Part shown: one piece after another, positions 58,638 to 64,000 of the stretch
Numbering within the stretch: the stretch's first letter is position 1
Layout: each line of letters begins with the position of its first letter
Assembly: GCA_965261395.1 (NCBI GenBank)
Contig: OZ253462.1
Location: 2,496,001-2,560,000, forward strand
Origin: Candidatus Latescibacterota bacterium
Lineage (GTDB): Bacteria > Latescibacterota > UBA2968 > UBA8231
Direction: 5' to 3'
DNA length: 64,000 bases
Notes under the pieces: model-generated
Told to the model about the DNA's origin: nothing
Databases searched by the model: none
The model's input: the letters and a program-made list of their open reading frames with translations, nothing else
Position numbers and translations under genes: made by a program

Positions 58638-61289
58638 ATGAAGCCAATGCTCACGCTTTTTTCTCTCTTATTCCTCGCCCATACAGCGCTGTCTGCCGCC
58701 GAGTTAAAAGGCACGGTGCGCGATGCAGAAACGGGCGAATCACTGCCGGGTGCCAACGTATATATAGAAGGCGCTAGGCGAGGAGCTTCTACAGATCTCG
58801 ATGGACAATTTGTAATCGCCAATGTCGGCGCAGGCAGCCATACGCTCGTCGTGAGTTTTATGGGTTACAAAGAACATCGCAGCCCCGTTGTCGTCGGAGC
58901 GGATGCTGTCGAGTTGTTTGTCGAGCTCATGCCCGAGGTATTTCGCGGCAAAGAAATCATCATCGTCGCCGATCGGGCCAAAATGCGCGAAACACCCGTT
59001 GCTTTCTCCGATGTGCTTAAAGCCGATATGCAGCGCAAACTCGGCTCGCGCGATCTGCCGCTGATTTTAAATGATACGCCGGGAGTGTATGCAACCGCGC
59101 AGGGCGGGGGAGCCGGCGACTCCCGCATCAATGTGCGAGGGTTTGACCAGCGCAACGTCGCCGTCATGATCAACGGCGTACCGGTCAACGATATGGAAAA
59201 CGGCTGGGTCTATTGGTCCAATTGGGATGGGCTGAGCGATGTCGCGTCGTCAATGCAGGTGCAGCGCGGATTGGGGGCTTCCAATCTGGCGATTGCCTCG
59301 GTGGGTGGCACACTGAACATTATCACCGATATCGCCCGTCAACAGCGCGGCTGGAAAATAAAACAGGAAGCCGGGAACAACGCCTTTTACAAAACCACGC
59401 TCAATTTTTCATCGGGTTTGATAAATAAAAAAACGGCTTTCACGCTGGGCATGGCGCGCAAAAGCGGCGAGGGCTTGCCCGCTCAGGCGTGGTCCTCGGC
59501 CTGGGCCTATTTTGGTGCGTTGAGCTTTTTGGCCTCCGACACCCACAAAATTGATCTGTTTGTCACCGGCGCTCCGCAACGCCACGGGCACCGTCTCTAC
59601 AAGCAATCCATTGCAACCTTTGATGCCGATTACGCCCAATCCCTAGGCATTGACATTGCGGACGCAAGAAACTACGGCGTCAATTACAATCCCAACTGGG
59701 GGCGCTCGCCATTTTCATCCTATCAGGAGTATTACAACGGCAACACCCACGATGCACGCGACAGCGAGATCATCATGGAGCGCGAAAATTATTACCACAA
59801 ACCCCAGGCCAATTTGAACTGGTACTGGACCCCCAACACGCAATTCATTTTGTCCAATGTATTCTATTTTTCGCGCGGGAAAGGCGGCGGCACCGGGCGC
59901 TTGGGTTCCAGCCCGGGCACGCTAGACGATGGCAGCATCAACTGGCAACGCGTTGCCGATGAGTTGAATACCCAAGCCGATTCCGCATTAGTGGCTGCCG
60001 GCGAAGTGGGTGCCAATGAAATTGTGGCCCAGACCATTATCCGCAACTCGGTCAATCAGCACTTCTGGTATGGGTATTTGGGCACGGCTGAATATCGCTT
60101 GAGCGACATCTACAAGCTGACCTTTGGCACGGATTTGCGCTATTACAAAGGGCAGCATTGGCGCGAAGTGCGCAATCTGCTCGGTGCCGATTACTACGTC
60201 TTTGACTGGGATAACAATGCCACGACCTCCATCAAGCGACTCGGCGACAGAGTTGCCTACCACAACGATGGCCTTACGCGCTGGGGGGGCGGCTTTGCAC
60301 AGCTCGAAGGACGGTTTGACAACTTTACGGCCTTTTTGAGCACATCGGTATCGACGACGGGTTATAAGCGCATCGACTATTTCCGCGCCAAGGTCGATGG
60401 CGACTGGGACCAAACGGATTGGGAAAACTTCCCAGGCTACACCCTGAAAGTGGGTGGCAACTACAACGTCACTCCCACAATCAATCTGTATGCCAACTTG
60501 GGCCGGCTTTCAACCGCGCCCATATTCGACTCGGTTTACCACTACGACAACAGCCTCTACGATCCCACGTTCAATGAAGAAGTCGCTTCTTTTGAGTTGG
60601 GTGCCGGTTATTTCAAACGCGGTGTGTTTACCGGAAATGCAAACTTCTATTACACCAAATGGATGGATCGCTCGTGGCCCCAGAGCATTTACAGCGAAAC
60701 GCTCGACCAGAGCTTCCGATTTTTGCTGAACGGCATTGACGCGCAGCATATGGGCGTAGAGTTCGATCTGAAGGCGCGGCCTCATGCCAAATTCGAGGTG
60801 CGCGGCATGGTGTCGTTGGGCAATTGGGAATGGCTCAACGATGTGAATGCCACCTTTTCACCCGAAGAGGATCCAGCGACTATCGGCGAATTTCAAGCCT
60901 ATACCAAAGGGCTAAAGGTGGCCGACGCAGCGCAAAAGACTCTTGCTCTGAGCGGTGCGGTGTTTCCCGCGCGCGGCCTCTACGCCTCGCTGGATGTGAG
61001 GCGCTTCATGGATCACTACGCCAAATTTAATCCCGCCAACCGAACCGACCCCAACGACCGAGAACAGCCTTGGAAACTCCCAGATTACAATCTGGTAGAT
61101 CTACACGCGGGATACACATTGCCCGGCGCTACATTTAGCAATATGAAGCTGCGACTGCACGTCTTCAATTTGCTTGACGAACGCTATGTGTCCGACGCCG
61201 ATGACGGCAATAGCCACGACGCCGCAAGCGCTTACGTATTCCTCGGGTTGGGACGCCGCTGGAATATTTCCCTGTCGTACGACTATTAG
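58638..61289 (+). CDS. TonB-dependent receptor with N-terminal carboxypeptidase-regulatory-like domain
   Basis: Signal peptide; GTVRDAETGESLPGANV; plug INVRGF..INGVPVND; terminal FNLLDERY..LSYDY. Confidence 0.93.
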   Translation: MKPMLTLFSLLFLAHTALSAAELKGTVRDAETGESLPGANVYIEGARRGASTDLDGQFVIANVGAGSHTLVVSFMGYKEHRSPVVVGADAVELFVELMPEVFRGKEIIIVADRAKMRETPVAFSDVLKADMQRKLGSRDLPLILNDTPGVYATAQGGGAGDSRINVRGFDQRNVAVMINGVPVNDMENGWVYWSNWDGLSDVASSMQVQRGLGASNLAIASVGGTLNIITDIARQQRGWKIKQEAGNNAFYKTTLNFSSGLINKKTAFTLGMARKSGEGLPAQAWSSAWAYFGALSFLASDTHKIDLFVTGAPQRHGHRLYKQSIATFDADYAQSLGIDIADARNYGVNYNPNWGRSPFSSYQEYYNGNTHDARDSEIIMERENYYHKPQANLNWYWTPNTQFILSNVFYFSRGKGGGTGRLGSSPGTLDDGSINWQRVADELNTQADSALVAAGEVGANEIVAQTIIRNSVNQHFWYGYLGTAEYRLSDIYKLTFGTDLRYYKGQHWREVRNLLGADYYVFDWDNNATTSIKRLGDRVAYHNDGLTRWGGGFAQLEGRFDNFTAFLSTSVSTTGYKRIDYFRAKVDGDWDQTDWENFPGYTLKVGGNYNVTPTINLYANLGRLSTAPIFDSVYHYDNSLYDPTFNEEVASFELGAGYFKRGVFTGNANFYYTKWMDRSWPQSIYSETLDQSFRFLLNGIDAQHMGVEFDLKARPHAKFEVRGMVSLGNWEWLNDVNATFSPEEDPATIGEFQAYTKGLKVADAAQKTLALSGAVFPARGLYASLDVRRFMDHYAKFNPANRTDPNDREQPWKLPDYNLVDLHAGYTLPGATFSNMKLRLHVFNLLDERYVSDADDGNSHDAASAYVFLGLGRRWNISLSYDY

Positions 61290-61313
61290 CGGTCAGCAGT
61301 CCACTTGCCCCGT

Positions 61314-61351
61314 CTCGGTAGGGCCAACGCAACCAGTGAGGCCCTACCGAG
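61314..61351. terminator. 12-bp inverted repeat between convergent receptor genes
   Basis: CTCGGTAGGGCC-14 nt-GGCCCTACCGAG. Confidence 0.55.
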
Positions 61352-63870
61352 CGTGGGACAGGCGCACGTATAAGTATCGTCCCAGAAAGTCGTAGGTACT
61401 GGCATCAGAAGTGGCGAGGAACCCGTTGTAGATCACCGCTGGTGGCTGATCGAGTAGGTTGTTGATGCCGACTCGGGACCGTTGGCTGACGGCAGCGTTT
61501 GCTCGTACTTAACGAGCAGATTGCTCTCGAACTGCGCCGAGACAATGCCAACGGGCGCATTCGCAACGTAGTTGAGTCCGATATCAAAGCCACTAGTTGC
61601 GGTTTGGCCAATGTTGTCGTTGGGGGACGCGATATAGGTAATCAGCTTGGTGGTCGGGTCGCGCACTACTTGGTCGCAGTTGGACGGCGAATCCTGCGAG
61701 TAGCAGTTGCTCAAAATGAGGCTGGCGGGCAACACGCCGATCTCATCCTCGATGGTGCTGGCATAGTAATCTACGGCAATATCAAATCCCTTTAGAAAGC
61801 GCGGCTGATACACCAATCCGGCGGTCAGCATGGTGGCCTTTTCCGGATCGAGATCGGTGCTGCCGCCCAACTTCGTTCGCAGTTGGGACTGGGAGTCCTC
61901 AAAATCGGCGGGGATGCCTTGCGCCGCGCAATGGCGCTTTTGTTGATCGGTCAACACGCGGGGATTGCCCCCTTCATCGACCACGCTGCAAGGATCGCTG
62001 ACGAGGGGGAAGGAATCGCTAGTGCCGAGGAAGAGTTCCGCGATGCTGGGGGCGCGAAAAGCATTGGAAGAGGTGGCGCGCACGGCCAGCCCTTGGGGGA
62101 GTTCGAGGCGAGTACCGAGTTCGTGGGTAAAGCCCGAGCCAAACGTATCGTAGTGGAAGGTGCGTCCGGCGGCGATTGCGCCGAGGCCCACGTCTCCTGC
62201 TTTGTACAGAGGTAGCTGGGCCTCCGCGTACAACGCCTTGACCGAGTACGCGCCGTCGGTGGGCGTCGCCTTACTGCCGGTGGTATTGCCCGACGCAGTC
62301 ATGGGGTCGGGAGATAGGCCCCAGCTTCCCAGCGCGAAGACAAACCGGCCGCCACGGCGAGCGGGCCGGCTGGCAAGGACGCGGCCTCCCCGGTCAGGTT
62401 CCACTGTAGAATCTGCTGCTGGGAATAGCCTCTGGCGACTCCAGTATATTGGATATAGCCCAGCATCTCCTCGGTGATGGTGCCGGGGCCGTGGAGAATA
62501 TCCAGCGCTACGCAGTCGCCCGTGCAATCCTCGTCTGGCCCCAGTGCCCGCTCGACATTGCTGCGGATAAAGCGGCCCTCGTTGATGTTGGTGCCCTCGC
62601 TGCGGCCGTAGGAAAAAGACAAGTCAGCGTCAAAGCTTCCGAGTCGGTGGTCCAACCCCAACACCATGCGGTAGGTATCGATATCCTGGAGGTAGTTGCG
62701 GTTGCCTGCTTCGACAAAGCGCCGGCGCACATCGATGAAATCGCGACCGAATTCGTTGTACCGGTTAGTAGCTGACAGCGCAATGCCTTCGCTAATGATA
62801 AACAGCGGCGTCGGGGCCAGCTTCTGATCGGATTGGCGATTGGTGTACGACACCTCGAAATACGTCTTTGCTGCCGCTGCTAGGGTATAGGAGCCGGCGA
62901 GGAAGGAGCTGTAGCGCGTCTGCGGAGTGTAGAGGTAGTTTTCTGGCTCGTAGTTGTATATATCGCCGCTTCCGTCCGAGGAGATCCCCGACCAGTTAAA
63001 GGGACGCCAGCCGATCTCCGGGTCGCGGTGGTAATCTCCGACGTTCTCGCCAGCCGCCTCCACGACCGCCTGCCAAGCTTCGTTCCCCTCGTCACCCGAG
63101 CGGTCGATAATGTGGCCTTCCGGGGTGGCCGAGCTGCCATTGTTGTTATAGGATCCGTCGTTCAGTTCCCAGTCGTAGGCCTTGTCCGACTCGCTAAAAC
63201 TCCGGTCGCCGGTCCAAGCCGGCCGCTGGTTGTGGTAGCCGGCTGAAAAGGCGATGTGGCCTTTTTCGCTTTGTAGGCCGGTGGTTACGCTGAGGTCCAA
63301 AACTTCCCCGTCGCCCGCGCCTGAAGTCCCCGCGTAATAGTCGATCTCTATTCCCTCTATCGCGGTCTTGGTGATGATGTTGACCACGCCGCCGATGGCG
63401 TCCGAGCCATATACCGCCGAGGCCCCATCTTTGAGCACCTCAACTCGCTCGATGACGGAGGCCGGAATGGCGTTCAGGTCAACGGATGAATTCGCGCCCG
63501 TCCCGCCGGGCACGAAGCGACGGCCATTGACCAACACGAGGGTGCGATGGGAACCGAGTCCGCGCAGGCTGACACGGGTAGAGCCGTCGCCGCCGTTGTT
63601 GGCTTGGGTGTTGATCGCATTGGACTGCACGGTGAGCGTTTGCAGCACGTCCCCAAGAGAAGCCAAACCCTGCGCCCTGATTTCCTCTGCTGAGAGGACG
63701 ACGATTGGCGCTGGCGCGAGCGTCTCCGCGCTTTTGATGCGGGAGCCGGTCACTGTGATCTCTTGGAGTTCGTATATCTTCGGTTCGTCCGGCTCTTCTT
63801 CTGCGAACGCGCCCATAGAACAGGCGCAGGCCGCGATTAAGGCTAGCAAAAATGCGTATCTCGCGCTCAT
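61344..63870 (-). pseudogene. TonB-dependent receptor pseudogene (frameshift plus internal deletion)
   Basis: Plug ITVTGSRI..RTLVLVNGRR..DGASAVYGSDAIGGVVNIIT; frame change at ~62310; second junction at ~61473 to the C-terminus VGINNLLDQPP..YDFLGRYLYVRLSHAR*. Confidence 0.88.
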
Positions 63871-64000
63871 GGTCTGTATCCTTCGCTGTCATAACCTATT
63901 GTTCCTTGTTTCGCCGCGCTAAAGCCAATGACTGGGGGATGCGACATAAAGGCATCCCAAAATGGATTGTCTCAATACTGACGGTAGATTCGGCCACCCT

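Noticed and set aside
61314-61351. GTAG-containing palindrome as a REP element
   Set aside because: Only one convincing copy in the window and no RAYT gene; treated as a possible terminator
62290-62320. Programmed frameshift in the receptor gene
   Set aside because: No slippery sequence, and a second lesion indicates decay
1-64000. CRISPR arrays, tRNA/rRNA genes, prophage genes, reverse transcriptase/DGR
   Set aside because: No regularly spaced repeats, RNA gene signatures, phage proteins or RT motifs seen by eye; not checked computationally

Overview
High-GC bacterial DNA with a Gram-negative envelope. The C-terminal WGRIK tag, FlgD/CHU_C-type tails, PhyH dioxygenases and internalin-like LRR suggest an FCB-affiliated candidate lineage such as Latescibacterota or Poribacteria (inference only). 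The most notable element is an uncharacterised, repeated two-gene envelope module: a secreted discoidin-like protein ending in a TPNGDGxND...WDGR...VAY domain, followed directly by a ~870-910 aa probable outer-membrane protein with conserved acidic Ca-binding-like motifs. It occurs once at the window start, ahead of a CBM9-like protein, a PhyH enzyme and a sugar ABC transporter. It occurs twice more in a translationally coupled six-gene operon (25214-38273) that also encodes an LRR lipoprotein and an extra tail protein. Other content: intact and broken toxin-antitoxin genes; an IS5/IS903-group element with TIRs and a 9-bp TSD inside a PhyH pseudogene; a heterodimeric ABC exporter; a mosaic of oxidoreductases; a 1440-aa STAND/NACHT NTPase with a C-terminal PD-(D/E)xK-like domain; a sigma54/NtrC-controlled MacAB-like operon with many intact, deleted and remnant permeases; and two convergent TonB-dependent receptors, one a pseudogene.
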